Below, piece after piece: positions 9,531 through 19,412 of a stretch of DNA of 64,000 nucleotides (positions within the stretch are counted from its first letter, which is position 1; every line of letters begins with the position of its first letter). Both the position numbers and the translations under genes were made by a program. This DNA comes from Candidatus Latescibacterota bacterium (GTDB lineage Bacteria > Latescibacterota > UBA2968 > GCA-2709665). Location of the stretch: NCBI GenBank assembly GCA_965205485.1, contig OZ242180.1:2240001-2304000 (forward strand). Direction: 5' to 3'. The notes beneath the pieces are model-generated. The model searched no databases. It was not told the origin of the DNA and saw only the letters and a list, made by a program, of their open reading frames with translations.

Positions 9531-10769
9531 CTACCAGTATCCGCGCCACCGGCCCTCCCAGTATCCCCACAGCCATCCGGTCAGGCTGTCCATATCCAGC
9601 AGGCGGGTCTCCACCATCCACTCCGGCGGTACAGGCTGGTTTTCTACCAATGGCATGATAAACCGAAAGGTATCCAGATCCAGGGTTTCCAGAATATGCC
9701 GCGCGGTGGACGTCATGTCCTCGTCCGGGAACCAGGGTTGCGCCGCGACGCAGGCCCTGGCGAAGATGCCCGACCTGCCGGTCGCGGCCGGGCCCGCTCC
9801 CCACAGTGAGGCCGGGAGGATTTCCCGTTCACCGTTTTCCACGTCGAAGGTCCACTGGTAAGCCTGCGCCCCGTTGGGCAGTATGCCGGACCGGACCATA
9901 TCGTAGCTCTGCAGCATCAGGCCGCGCCACAATTCGTGGTTTCCCGGATCGAATTCCATCAGCAGCGCCGGGAGGTACAGGGCGCGCCATCCGATACCGC
10001 CGGTCAGTTTTCCCGTGGGGCGCTCGAATCGGACGCTTGTATCGCAAGCCTCGTACCACCTCTCGATCTCCAGAAGATATTTCGGATCTCCCGTGGCCCG
10101 CCAGGCCAGGTAGAGCAGCGGCGTATGGATGATGGCGTAGGACCACGTGGCATTAGTCCATTTCTCGCCAAGAATGGTTTCCACAAGCGACTCGTGGGTG
10201 TATCCGAAGTAGCCGTGCGGAGAGACATAGTTCCACTTGATGTCGAATTCGGCCATGTCTACGAGGATCTCGTCGACGGCGGCGAGGTCGTCTGACGGCG
10301 CAATGGGCCGGTACGCCGCCAGCCCGACCAGGATGCATTGCACCTGGTCGCCAGACGACTGGTTGCTGTACACGCCGCCATAAGGCTTGCACATGTACCC
10401 TCGCTCGCGCTTTTCCACCCCGAGTCCATGGATATACCTGAGCGCCCCGAACGTGCGCCGGCAGATTGCCAGGACGCGGGGATCGCCATCGCACCGGTAC
10501 CGGTAACTCATCGCGCCGAGATACCATGCCGTGTCCGTGGGCGTATTCTCCCAGGCCCGCCAGACGTGCATCGGCGGCATCCCCACTTCGGCCTCGGTCT
10601 TTCCCTGGAGGTGCCGGTGGCGGTACGCGCCCCGGTAGTCGTCGGCTGACGGCAGCAAGTAATCCTCGGCGCGCACCAGCATGGGCAGCATGCCGTGATC
10701 CTGCACCAGATGGTCCTCGACGACGGCCTGTATTCGGTTCGCCTTCGTTTCGAGTTCGGCGTCGGTCAT
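9531..10769 (-). CDS. Hypothetical protein, probable alpha/alpha-toroid (six-hairpin glycosidase-like)
   Basis: 412 aa with RBS; helical aromatic repeats such as LYLAWRATGDPKYL; co-oriented with the cluster. Fold is inferred. Confidence 0.6.
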   Translation of the reverse strand: MTDAELETKANRIQAVVEDHLVQDHGMLPMLVRAEDYLLPSADDYRGAYRHRHLQGKTEAEVGMPPMHVWRAWENTPTDTAWYLGAMSYRYRCDGDPRVLAICRRTFGALRYIHGLGVEKRERGYMCKPYGGVYSNQSSGDQVQCILVGLAAYRPIAPSDDLAAVDEILVDMAEFDIKWNYVSPHGYFGYTHESLVETILGEKWTNATWSYAIIHTPLLYLAWRATGDPKYLLEIERWYEACDTSVRFERPTGKLTGGIGWRALYLPALLMEFDPGNHELWRGLMLQSYDMVRSGILPNGAQAYQWTFDVENGEREILPASLWGAGPAATGRSGIFARACVAAQPWFPDEDMTSTARHILETLDLDTFRFIMPLVENQPVPPEWMVETRLLDMDSLTGWLWGYWEGRWRGYW

Positions 10770-10851
10770 CCGGCGCCTCCACTGCTCATACGGTTCTCTT
10801 TCTGTCCGTTACGACTTCTCCTGCCATTCCCGATCGGAAACCCGACTGCGG

Positions 10852-11268
10852 TCACTCCACTTCCGATAATTTCGTCTCCTCAGGCACATCGGTCGGGCTT
10901 TGAAAGTACAGGTTATATCCGTCGGGATCGGACATGGACGTGACCCACATCCCGTTGCCGACGTGCGGCTCCGAGGCATCTATGCCCCGGTTCCTTAAAT
11001 TCCGGTAGTATCCGACCGCGTCATCGCAAAAGAAGAAAAGCGAAACGCCTTCACCCTTGTTCTCGCTGAACCGCCGCGAATCGTGTCCTTCGGTCCGGAA
11101 TTCCTGGAGCATCAATTCGGCGTTGCCCATTTGCAGGTTGCACCACCTGATGACGCCTTCGTCGACCCACTTGCCCTCCAGCTCGAAGCCGAGTCCTTCA
11201 ACATAGAACGCCAGCGACGTCCGCATCTCCTTGACGGCGAAAAAGGGGACGGCCCTGTTGACTTCCAT
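10852..11268 (-). CDS. VOC/glyoxalase-bleomycin resistance family protein
   Basis: MEVNRAVPFFAVKEMRTSLAFYVEGLGF...DPDGYNLYF; RBS before ATG 11268. Confidence 0.85.
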   Translation of the reverse strand: MEVNRAVPFFAVKEMRTSLAFYVEGLGFELEGKWVDEGVIRWCNLQMGNAELMLQEFRTEGHDSRRFSENKGEGVSLFFFCDDAVGYYRNLRNRGIDASEPHVGNGMWVTSMSDPDGYNLYFQSPTDVPEETKLSEVE

Positions 11269-11305
11269 GCGATTCTCCCTGTCGATGTAATTCGGATGTC
11301 TGGTA

Positions 11306-11677
11306 TCAGCGATTCGAAATCTGCAGCGTGTTTCCATCGGGGTCCTTAAAGTCGCAGCACTCGAATTTCGACAGGATGTGATGTTTTCCCATTCTTACTC
11401 CCGCCTTCCGAAGTTCCACTCGCGCCGCGCCGACGTCGTCGACAACGAAAACGAGCTTGTTCCGATTCCGCCCGGGGCAACCGGGTTTTCCCGCGCGATG
11501 GATGGCAACCTCCATCCCGCCGCTGGACAACCTGACCCAGCCAGCGGGGTCGTGGTCCGTCGCTTCCGGCGGCATCAGGACCTTCATTCGCATCACGTCC
11601 CGGTAGAACGAAACCATGCGTTGGACATTATCCGTGAAGTAAATGTATCGCGTTGCCAGCATGGGATGGATCCTCAA
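11306..11677 (-). CDS. VOC family protein
   Basis: FTDNVQRMVSFYRDVM...FVVDDV...FKDPDGNTLQI. Confidence 0.85.
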   Translation of the reverse strand: MRIHPMLATRYIYFTDNVQRMVSFYRDVMRMKVLMPPEATDHDPAGWVRLSSGGMEVAIHRAGKPGCPGRNRNKLVFVVDDVGAARVELRKAGVRMGKHHILSKFECCDFKDPDGNTLQISNR

Positions 11678-11743
11678 TTCGCGTTTCGGCCTTTTGGATC
11701 TGCGTTCCGGGCGCCCGAAGAGGCAGATGCGCCATAGTGCGGG

Positions 11744-11845
11744 ACCTACCCCCTGACCCCCTTCCTGAAGGAAGGGGGAACCGTCGCCACTTGAAGGTAT
11801 TTCGCTTTTCTCCCCTTTCCTTTAGGAGAGGGGCCGGGGGAGAGG
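11744..11845. repeat. Inverted pair of CCCCTTCC..GGAAGGGG-type REP-like palindromes
   Basis: ACCTACCCCCTGACCCCCTTCCTGAAGGAAGGGGGA and an inverted degenerate copy TCCCCTTTCCTTTAGGAGAGGGGCCGGGGGAGAGG. Confidence 0.75.
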
Positions 11846-11939
11846 CCTGCGCTCATCGCGGTCATCCACACAATGGCGCTGACTTCACGTGACACGGTTT
11901 TCGTCTCTTGCTTTTGGCTGACGGCTGAGAACTGATAGC

Positions 11940-12827
11940 TTACAGCTTCTTGCGAACCGCCCGCAGCACGGCGTTCAGTTGACGGGTCAGGAATGGCGAT
12001 ACCATACCGACGGTTCCCACCGCATCCATCAGCGGAAACGTGGCGCCATGCCAGCCTCCGCTCCGATCGTTCACGCGTCTTCCGATCGTAACGCCGTCCG
12101 GGCCGATGTGTGAACGGAGCAGGTCGAGGCCATTCCTGATCACTTCAACCGGGAGCGGCCGCCCGGTTCGTCCGTACCATTCCACCAGGAAGTACATCCC
12201 CCGCAGGATGTCATATTCGAAGTAACGGGGAAACAGCGGCTTCAGCCAGGCTCCGTTGATGACGCGGCCATCTTGCCTGGAGCAGACCAGTCGATGTTCG
12301 ATGAGATAGCGTGCGCCCTCGTCCAGGAATCTCTGTTCGGCATCCGTATAGTTCCGGTTGGTGAAAAACAGAATCGCTTCCAGCGGAGGCAGCGTGGATA
12401 CGATTGAGCTCTTTCTCGACCCGCGACAGGCAGCCGGCGAGCAGTTCAAGCCGCCGTCGGGCAACTGGTGTTGCAGGAACCAATCCCGAACCCAGGGGAG
12501 TTCGGCATCCACGTCGCAGCCGCATGACGCGAGTATCATATAGAATACGCCCAACTCGCAGTGACAACAGTCCATTTTCGCCCGGTCGGAATCCGTTTGC
12601 GGTGCATCAGCCGGATCGACAACAAACCTGGGCCAGGCACCGTCTTTGAGCAGTTTCAGCGCCCTGGCGACAGCCAACTCCGGGATTCGTCCGGATTCTC
12701 CCATCTCGTACAATGCGGCCATATGCCACCAGGGGCCGTTCCATTTCTTCCGGCTCTTCCGGTCGGGCACGTGAAAGATCTCGTCTGAATCCAGAACTTC
12801 CAATGTCAGGTCGTACGCGCGTTGCAT
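11940..12827 (-). CDS. Hypothetical alpha/alpha protein with prenyltransferase/squalene-cyclase-like repeat
   Basis: WFLQHQLPDGGLNC, FPRYFEYDILRG; RBS AGGAG before ATG 12827. Confidence 0.65.
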   Translation of the reverse strand: MQRAYDLTLEVLDSDEIFHVPDRKSRKKWNGPWWHMAALYEMGESGRIPELAVARALKLLKDGAWPRFVVDPADAPQTDSDRAKMDCCHCELGVFYMILASCGCDVDAELPWVRDWFLQHQLPDGGLNCSPAACRGSRKSSIVSTLPPLEAILFFTNRNYTDAEQRFLDEGARYLIEHRLVCSRQDGRVINGAWLKPLFPRYFEYDILRGMYFLVEWYGRTGRPLPVEVIRNGLDLLRSHIGPDGVTIGRRVNDRSGGWHGATFPLMDAVGTVGMVSPFLTRQLNAVLRAVRKKL

Positions 12828-12886
12828 TCCGGCTCCTGTTGCGCCACCCCGATTTTTCAACCGGGCCGATGCCAGAGACGCTGGAA

Positions 12887-13888
12887 TTATAGCTTGTCTT
12901 TGGCTATCGTCGCAACGGCGATATGCATCCCCTCGCCGTTGTCTCCCCCCTCGAACCGATTGAAATTCGTCTTCAGATTACAGCCCGCGTAATACAGCAT
13001 CAACGTATCTCCCGCGTCCACCACGCATGGCGTCGAGACCGTCTTCCAGTCAAAACGACCCAGGTCACGAGATGCGGCAAATGCGGGGGTCTCGTGGTTC
13101 AGCGTCCAGGTAACGCCATCGTCCGATGTGTCGCAGAAGATCTCGTGGTAGACCATATTCATCGGACCGGTTTTTTCTTTCAGGTGGCCGATATGCCACA
13201 TGTACCAGGATTCGTTGATCCTGTGGACTTCCGGGTAAACGCAGGACCTGGTGTTACCGGTGGCCTGAACGACCGCCGGTTCACGCCGGGACCAGTCGAT
13301 TCCATCTTCCGACGTGTATTCATACACATAGCCGTACGCCGTTTCCCACGAGTCATCGGGGTTGGGACTGGCATTGAGCCACATGCGGTATCGGCCGCCT
13401 TCCTTATGCACGCATGGCGCCCTGCATTCATGGATCAGGGGTTCCTGCCGGAATTCCCAGTGTAGTCCGTCCCGGCTGGTCGCATACCCCATGGCCGAAC
13501 TGATGTTCTTCGCCAGGATACCATCGTCCCGGTATTCCACGTCGGTCGTACTGCCGAACCACATCTTGTAAACCTGCTCGTCCTCGTCGAACAACACCCA
13601 GGGGGTATGCAGACTCTGGCCCCACGAAAGCCGGTCGGCCGTCAGAATGGGATTGTCCGGGTGCAGGTTCCATGCAAGGCCGTCGTCCGATTCCGCGTAT
13701 CCGATGCACGTTCTGTACAGCGTGGGCCGCACGGCCGAACCGCTAAACCACATTCGGTACTTGCCTTCGGCGTGGATGACGCGCGGGCAGTAGATGTTGC
13801 ATTTCATCCACGGCTGGGGCGGCGGAGCATTGCTGAATATGGGCGTGTCGGGTCTTTCCCAGGGTTGTGATTGCAATGGCGATGCCAT
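12887..13888 (-). CDS. Five-bladed beta-propeller glycosidase-like protein (GH32/43/130 superfamily)
   Basis: Repeated P-x-V...Y.MWF..., IGYAESDDGLAW, GYATSRDGLHW, TSEDGIDW, TSDDGVTW. Confidence 0.8.
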   Translation of the reverse strand: MASPLQSQPWERPDTPIFSNAPPPQPWMKCNIYCPRVIHAEGKYRMWFSGSAVRPTLYRTCIGYAESDDGLAWNLHPDNPILTADRLSWGQSLHTPWVLFDEDEQVYKMWFGSTTDVEYRDDGILAKNISSAMGYATSRDGLHWEFRQEPLIHECRAPCVHKEGGRYRMWLNASPNPDDSWETAYGYVYEYTSEDGIDWSRREPAVVQATGNTRSCVYPEVHRINESWYMWHIGHLKEKTGPMNMVYHEIFCDTSDDGVTWTLNHETPAFAASRDLGRFDWKTVSTPCVVDAGDTLMLYYAGCNLKTNFNRFEGGDNGEGMHIAVATIAKDKL

Positions 13889-13929
13889 GATACCTCCCGT
13901 ATGTCACGAAATATGGGACCGCAGGACGC

Positions 13930-16128
13930 TCACTCCTCAGATTCAACGAAGCAATACAGTTGCCCGTCGTATGCGCCCACGCAGAACCCGTCTTCGGTCA
14001 GGCAGGGCGCGGCCGCGATCGGGGCGCCCAAGTCCGTACGGCTGACGCAGGCGCCGGTCCGCGCGTTCAGGATGTAAACGCAACCGTCACCGCCGCAGAT
14101 GAGCAGATAGTCCCCATAGATCACCGGCGCCGCGAGAATGGATCGGACCTCGCGGCGGGCCGGGACCATGTCCAGCAGGTCATTGCCAGTTTGGTAGCGC
14201 CATACCAACGCGCCCGATTGGAGATCCAAACAGAGTGCCTCGCCGTCCGGCGTGGTCGCGTACAACCGGTCATTCCGCACGGCGAGTCCGGTGGGATACC
14301 TCGAAGGAAGCACGGCCCTGTTCCACACCACCTCGCCGGTACTGGCGCTCAGGACCGCCATTTGCGCCGGCTCGCCCCCATACCAGTGAAGAGCCGGGGC
14401 GCCGCTGCCGGTGACCACGAGGCCGCCGTCCACCACGGGCCGGGCGTAGGGATTCTCGACGCCCAGGGTCCGTTCCCAGACCACCTTCCCGTTACGTTTG
14501 TCCAACGCCATCAATCCACGGCGCTGGACGAGCAGAATGAGAAGGTCGCCGAAGACCCGCGGGCTCGCGTAGCACGGCCAGCCGTCGCCGCCTTCAATTC
14601 CGGTGTGCCACGCTTGCGCGCCGGTTTCGAGGTTGTAGGCGCCCATACCGGCTTTGCCGCCGGCGTAAACCGTCTTGCCGGCAATGACCGGAGAAGCATA
14701 GATCCAGCGTTCCGGAAAACCGGGCAGATCGGCCGTCCAACGAACGCATCCCAAGTCCGTTTCGATGACGTACAATCGCCCGGCAACGGACACCGCCGCG
14801 GACAAATCAGTCTCATCGTCTGCGGAGCCTGACGAACGGGCAATCGCCACGCTGTTCTTGACGGCTGTGTCCGTAGATGCGCGCCACAATAGCGCGCCGT
14901 TTCGAGCATCGACGCAGGCGACGCCGTTTTGTCCTGGATGGCCTTCGTCCGCCAGGCTCGCGAGGATCCGGTCGCCTGAACGTACCGGCGCGGCGCGGTG
15001 CAGCCCCACCGGAAGGCGATGCGTCCAGAGCAGGCGCAGGCCGTTGCCTGTTTCATCTAACGAAATCGACTCGTTATCCTCGCGCGGCTGCGGGCTCGCC
15101 GTCCGCACAAGGGGCTTGAGCCGGAACTCGAGATCCTCCTCTCGAAATTCTACGAGCCGATATCCCCGCGGTCGTATGTCGAGGCCGCCGAAACAAAGCG
15201 GGGGTACCGCCGCAACGACCATCCCGTCCCGGGTGAACACCTTGCTGGAGTGCCAATGCCCATGCATGACCAACTCTACCCGGTACCGGCTCAAAGCGTT
15301 CAGGAAAGGCATGGACGGCGGCTTGTGAAGGAAGACGACGATTTTGCGATCGCGCGGCTGTTGCGACAGGTCCGCCCACAGCCAGTCTTCCTTACGCTTC
15401 CGGTCCCGCGCCGGGTAGAAATTATCCTCGTTCGGATAGAGGACGAAATGCCAACGCCCGCAATCGAAACTGTAATACGGCGGGCCGAGTACCCGTTCAT
15501 AGTGGCGCGTGAAGGGTTCACCTTCGCGCTGCTTCAGGATCTCCTCGATCTTCGCGTATTCCCTCCTGTGTTTCAATGCGACGAGTTCGTCGACAGTCAG
15601 ATCGCCGAAACGCTCCTGATTCCCGTCGTGTCCGCCGAACATGGGCATTACGGGCGTCGAAACGCATTTAATTGCAGCGTAAAACTGTTCGAGTTCCTCA
15701 AGTGTTCCCCAATCCGTCAGGTCCCCGCTCGCAACAATCAGGTCCGGGCTGGCCTCCCGTTCAAGCTGTCGCAAATCCTGCGACAATGTCTCGCCCTGAA
15801 TCTGGCCTTCGTCCAACACCACGTGGGTATCGCTGATATGGGCCATTGAAAAAGTCCGTCGGTCCCCGTCCGGCAGCCTCTCGAGTTCGAAATCGACCCC
15901 GTGCTGTTCGCGGGTCCACCCAATCGTCGAACGATAGAATCCCTCACCGGGCCGGAAGCCGTCCGGAACCGTCACGAAAACGAACCGGTTCCCGCCCGGC
16001 GAGATCTCCAGCGCGTAGCGACCCGCCGCGTCCGTCCGCACCACGTGCTCCCCGTTGGAAACGGGGACATTTTCAATTGCGCGGTCCGAGGACGCGTCGC
16101 GGATCTGGCCTTCGACGGGAAATGTCAT
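13930..16128 (-). CDS. Calcineurin-like metallophosphoesterase (with N-terminal MetallophosN) fused to a PQQ/BamB-like beta-propeller
   Basis: VSNGEHVVRTDAAGRY, HISDTH, SGDLTD, GGHD, GHWH; C-terminal DARNGALLWR / NLETGAQAWH / DLQSGALVWRY repeats. Confidence 0.85.
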   Translation of the reverse strand: MTFPVEGQIRDASSDRAIENVPVSNGEHVVRTDAAGRYALEISPGGNRFVFVTVPDGFRPGEGFYRSTIGWTREQHGVDFELERLPDGDRRTFSMAHISDTHVVLDEGQIQGETLSQDLRQLEREASPDLIVASGDLTDWGTLEELEQFYAAIKCVSTPVMPMFGGHDGNQERFGDLTVDELVALKHRREYAKIEEILKQREGEPFTRHYERVLGPPYYSFDCGRWHFVLYPNEDNFYPARDRKRKEDWLWADLSQQPRDRKIVVFLHKPPSMPFLNALSRYRVELVMHGHWHSSKVFTRDGMVVAAVPPLCFGGLDIRPRGYRLVEFREEDLEFRLKPLVRTASPQPREDNESISLDETGNGLRLLWTHRLPVGLHRAAPVRSGDRILASLADEGHPGQNGVACVDARNGALLWRASTDTAVKNSVAIARSSGSADDETDLSAAVSVAGRLYVIETDLGCVRWTADLPGFPERWIYASPVIAGKTVYAGGKAGMGAYNLETGAQAWHTGIEGGDGWPCYASPRVFGDLLILLVQRRGLMALDKRNGKVVWERTLGVENPYARPVVDGGLVVTGSGAPALHWYGGEPAQMAVLSASTGEVVWNRAVLPSRYPTGLAVRNDRLYATTPDGEALCLDLQSGALVWRYQTGNDLLDMVPARREVRSILAAPVIYGDYLLICGGDGCVYILNARTGACVSRTDLGAPIAAAPCLTEDGFCVGAYDGQLYCFVESEE

Positions 16129-16305
16129 CGATCTAACCCCCTGAAATCCCGCGGATTGAACACGAAACAGGCCCCTTCTCCGCTGCGAAAAGGGACCCGT
16201 ACAGGCAAATCTATCCGGTGAATCGACCGATCATTGTCGGTTCGGCGTTCGGCACTCATCGACGTCTCCACGATTTCCGTGCCGGCTTCCGGTTATCCTG
16301 TTTAG

Positions 16306-16465
16306 CAGTCCGTTGATAAAGTCGCTCTGCAGGCGAGGCCGAGCCATTGTGGCCGAAGACAAGGCGCGCGACCGAGTCCCATCCATCGATTCGGCGAGGG
16401 AGTGCAACGCAGTATTTCGACCGCAAGGGCCGGCCGTAGACCGGATGGGCTTTTTCAACGGGCTG
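16306..16465. mobile_element. 160-bp MITE with IS5/IS1182-like terminal inverted repeats
   Basis: Left end CAGTCCGTTGATAAAGTC, right end (revcomp) CAGCCCGTTGAAAAAGCC (15/18 match); flanks TTAG and TTAA; no transposase. Confidence 0.75.
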
Positions 16466-16486
16466 TTAAGGTGAGGCTTTGCCCGA

Positions 16487-16807
16487 TCACTCGCCAGGCA
16501 GGCGGTACGACACGCTCTTGTTCACCGCTTCGTCAATGGTCTCCGGCGATATCAGGACCGTCGTGGAGACTTCCAGAGCGCCCGCCGCGGCGATGTTGAG
16601 GGCGAGGGCTGCAGCAGTGGCTTCATCGGGAATCTCCGCGAGCAGGATGAGGTCGTCATCGCCCATCGCGTAGTAGAAGCCCTCCAGCTTCCCGCCCATC
16701 CCTTCCACGGTCTGTGTCAAAGCCGCCCGGCGTCCCGTGCCTCCCTCTCTGAGCAGGCCCTCAAGACCCGACCGCGTGTACCTGGTGCGGAACATGTAAT
16801 TGGCCAT
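16487..16807 (-). CDS. GYD domain-containing protein
   Basis: MANYMFRTRYT..GLEGL...MGGKLEGFYYAMGDDDLILLAEIPD; RBS GGAGG before ATG 16807. Confidence 0.85.
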   Translation of the reverse strand: MANYMFRTRYTRSGLEGLLREGGTGRRAALTQTVEGMGGKLEGFYYAMGDDDLILLAEIPDEATAAALALNIAAAGALEVSTTVLISPETIDEAVNKSVSYRLPGE

Positions 16808-17019
16808 GGTTCTACCTCCCGTCAGGTGGTGTAGAGTTGCCCTCGGCGCCGCAACGTTGGTCAAAGATGCGGATACGGACCGAAGAAGATGTCGTAGAAG
16901 TGCGCCAGCAGTTTGTCAATATTGTCGATGACACAACACCAGCCGCTGCGTACAGCCTTTACCGAATATGGTTCTTCGCCTAATATGGGAAACAATCGAG
17001 GTGAAGTAAAGGGTTGTAT

Positions 17020-18117
17020 TCACTCATTCACATCTCCCCTGTACCATCGGCCAAGCACTTCCTCCGCCGGTTTGCCCTGCGGCGTGAACCCTCGTTCCCT
17101 CCGAAGTGCGTGGCGGCGTGCGCGTCGTCCTCCGAATTGCGTGCTTCCCTCGGGGAACCACTTCCAGACGTGCGTGCCCGCAAACCAGGGCTTGCGCCAG
17201 AACGTCCGGAACATCGCCTCGTAACACGCCGCCTGCAGCTCAACGTCCACGGGCGCCGCCGACCGCCAGACCCATGGCTCCACGGCCGCATCCGCAGTGC
17301 TCCGATAGCCCACCTCCGTGAAGAGCACCGGCTTGCCCACCCGCTGCTGAACTGCTTCGATCAGCTTTACATGGGGCGCCCATGCAGCGTTTAATTCGTC
17401 GAGCGTCAAAGCGGCGCCGGTGCTGTCCGCCAGCGGGAAGTAGACCTGGAGTCCGATGTAATCGAGCGCGTCCCAGAAGGGCACCTCCTCGAACTCCCGG
17501 TACCAGTTCGCCGAATAGGTGAGTTCGCCACCGTACACCGCCCTCACGTCCACAATCAGACTGCGCCAGGCGTCGGGACGGTTCAACACGGCGCTGCGCA
17601 GTTCCGTCCCGATACAAAGCGCCTCCATCCCGGCGGATTCCGACAGTGCGGCGTAGTGGAGAATGAACCGCCGGTAGCTTGCCCACCACCTGTCCCATTC
17701 TTCAGGCGTCGAAAAGTCGATATTTCCCCGCCACCTCCCGTCGCTCCGGTCCCGGATCCAGACGTGAGGCTTCAGTATCGTCCGGATACCCCGCTGCCGC
17801 GCCCGCCGTGCGGCATCCGCCAGTCCCGCGTCCGATTCCCCCCACCAGACCCGTCCGGAAGTCGCCAGGATCACCTCGGGGCTGCCGGCGCTGCGCTGCC
17901 ATCCGAACGGCGTCTGGGAAATCCAGTTCACGTTCAGCGCGGCCAGGCGGTCGAACGCCGCATCCACGGGGCGTCCCGGTCCCGCCACGAAACAGACGCC
18001 GCGGTGTTTTTCCTTCAATGTCGATGCCGTGAAAGCCGGGGTCGGCGTCTCAGCCCATAACGCCCCGCTCGAGAGAGCACAACCAACAAGCACAATTGCC
18101 CGTCGCATCCGCGTCAA
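17020..18117 (-). CDS. Secreted GH113-like glycoside hydrolase
   Basis: Signal peptide (AIVLVGCALSSGALWA); LKPHVW, WRG.I, CIGTEL, YSANW, FTEVGYRS, WKW. Confidence 0.8.
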   Translation of the reverse strand: MTRMRRAIVLVGCALSSGALWAETPTPAFTASTLKEKHRGVCFVAGPGRPVDAAFDRLAALNVNWISQTPFGWQRSAGSPEVILATSGRVWWGESDAGLADAARRARQRGIRTILKPHVWIRDRSDGRWRGNIDFSTPEEWDRWWASYRRFILHYAALSESAGMEALCIGTELRSAVLNRPDAWRSLIVDVRAVYGGELTYSANWYREFEEVPFWDALDYIGLQVYFPLADSTGAALTLDELNAAWAPHVKLIEAVQQRVGKPVLFTEVGYRSTADAAVEPWVWRSAAPVDVELQAACYEAMFRTFWRKPWFAGTHVWKWFPEGSTQFGGRRARRHALRRERGFTPQGKPAEEVLGRWYRGDVNE

Positions 18118-18223
18118 TGCTGCGTCCCTTCTCGAGTCAATCCGTTCATGCGGGTGGTTATCCGAACCTCCGTTGTCCGACCTGGCGCATCAGACTGCCC
18201 GGACAGATCGTGCAGGACGGGTG

Positions 18224-18256
18224 TTGACTATGCCAATGTAAGACGTTATCTTACAT
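18224..18256 (+). promoter_or_regulatory. sigma70 promoter with palindromic antitoxin operator; probably leaderless
   Basis: TTGACT-N17-TATCTT; inverted repeat ATGTAAGA-N5-TCTTACAT over the -10; ATG 7 nt after the -10 with no RBS. Confidence 0.7.
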
Positions 18257-18259
18257 CCT

Positions 18260-18493
18260 ATGAAAACAGTACTTTCAACCAGGGGTCAGATTGTCATTCC
18301 GGCCGAGTTTCGACACCAGGACAAGCTCGAACCGGGCCAGTCGTTTGCAATAGAACGGGTGGACAGAGGCGAATATCGTCTGGTTGTTGCCGACCCCCCG
18401 AGGAACCACGGCCTGGTGGACACACTCCTCGCGTGTCCCCAAAAAGGCTGGTTCGCGCCAATCGAATCGGAGTCAACTGACTCGCTCGGATGA
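18260..18493 (+). CDS. AbrB/MazE/SpoVT-family antitoxin (VapB-like)
   Basis: MKTVLSTRGQIVIPAEFRHQDKLEPG; ATGA overlap with the PIN gene. Confidence 0.9.
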   Translation: MKTVLSTRGQIVIPAEFRHQDKLEPGQSFAIERVDRGEYRLVVADPPRNHGLVDTLLACPQKGWFAPIESESTDSLG

Positions 18494-18972
18494 TCACCGT
18501 GATGTTTCTCGTCGACGCCAATGTACTGTCCGAGGCGACCCAGCCAGGGCCGGACCCGAGGGTGATCGAGTGGCTCGCGCGAAACGAACGCGACTTGGCC
18601 GTCGATCCCGTGATCCTGGGAGAAATCCGCTTCGGGATCCTTCTGCTGCCGCAAGGGCGTCGGCGTCGGGCGCTCGAGCGCTGGTTCGACGACGTCGCCC
18701 GTCGCATTCACTGTATCCCGTGGGATGCCGAGACCGGATTGCGCTGGGCGGAACTGCTGGCGCATCTTCGTCTTGTGGGAAAGCCGATGCCGATCAAGGA
18801 CAGTTTAATTGCCGCCACCGCACTGACCCACGGACTACCTCTGGCGACCCGAAATCGTCGCAACTTCGAAGTCAGCGGCGTCAAACTCGTCCTGAAAGGG
18901 GAGTGTGGAAATAAGGGTCTGTGGGCTGCCTCTTTAGAGAATCAAGGTCAACAGTACCGCATCCTCGTTTGA
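18490..18972 (+). CDS. vapC: VapC PIN-domain ribonuclease toxin (atypical C-terminus)
   Basis: FLVDANVLSE, GEIRFG, KDSLIAATALTHGLPLATRN. Confidence 0.85.
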   Translation: MITVMFLVDANVLSEATQPGPDPRVIEWLARNERDLAVDPVILGEIRFGILLLPQGRRRRALERWFDDVARRIHCIPWDAETGLRWAELLAHLRLVGKPMPIKDSLIAATALTHGLPLATRNRRNFEVSGVKLVLKGECGNKGLWAASLENQGQQYRILV

Positions 18973-19019
18973 TCCGGCTTCGCGTCGTCTGTTGTGGCTT
19001 AAATTCGAGAATTGAAAAC

Positions 19020-19047
19020 AGGGGAAGGGGCGATCGCCCCTTCCCCT
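19020..19047. terminator. Perfect palindromic hairpin between convergent TA cassettes
   Basis: AGGGGAAGGGGCGATCGCCCCTTCCCCT. Confidence 0.6.
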
Positions 19048-19151
19048 GCAGTTTGCCTGTCAACGCCGTGACCCCGCTCCAATCAATCCGTCCACCTCTG
19101 CTTCGTAAGCGGCACACCGCCCGATCCTCATGGAATCGTTGGTTTGAATTA

Positions 19152-19412
19152 TCATTCCAGTGGAGCGATTTTACCAGGCGATTCGAGGCGTTGTGCCTTC
19201 TGCCACGCTTGCCGTAACTGAAGCCGTCGCAAGAGTGCCCATTCCATTACGAGACCCTGTGCGCGCGGCGGCAGGCGCCCACCCAGAACCGACGGTGTTT
19301 CTATACTGATCACTGCCTCGTCCCCACTGTACTCAGCGTGGAAATGTGCGGGCGCGTGGTCATTGAAATACATTCGAATAACGATTCCGTAAAATCGGCA
19401 GAGTTCAGGCAT
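19152..19412 (-). CDS. DUF4160 domain protein (TA component)
   Basis: MPELCRFYGIVIRMYFNDHAPAHFHAEY...LVMEWA...KIAPLE. Confidence 0.9.
   Translation of the reverse strand: MPELCRFYGIVIRMYFNDHAPAHFHAEYSGDEAVISIETPSVLGGRLPPRAQGLVMEWALLRRLQLRQAWQKAQRLESPGKIAPLE

Noticed and set aside
11940..12827. Terpene (squalene-hopene) cyclase
   Set aside because: Too short, a single QW-like repeat and no DXDD motif
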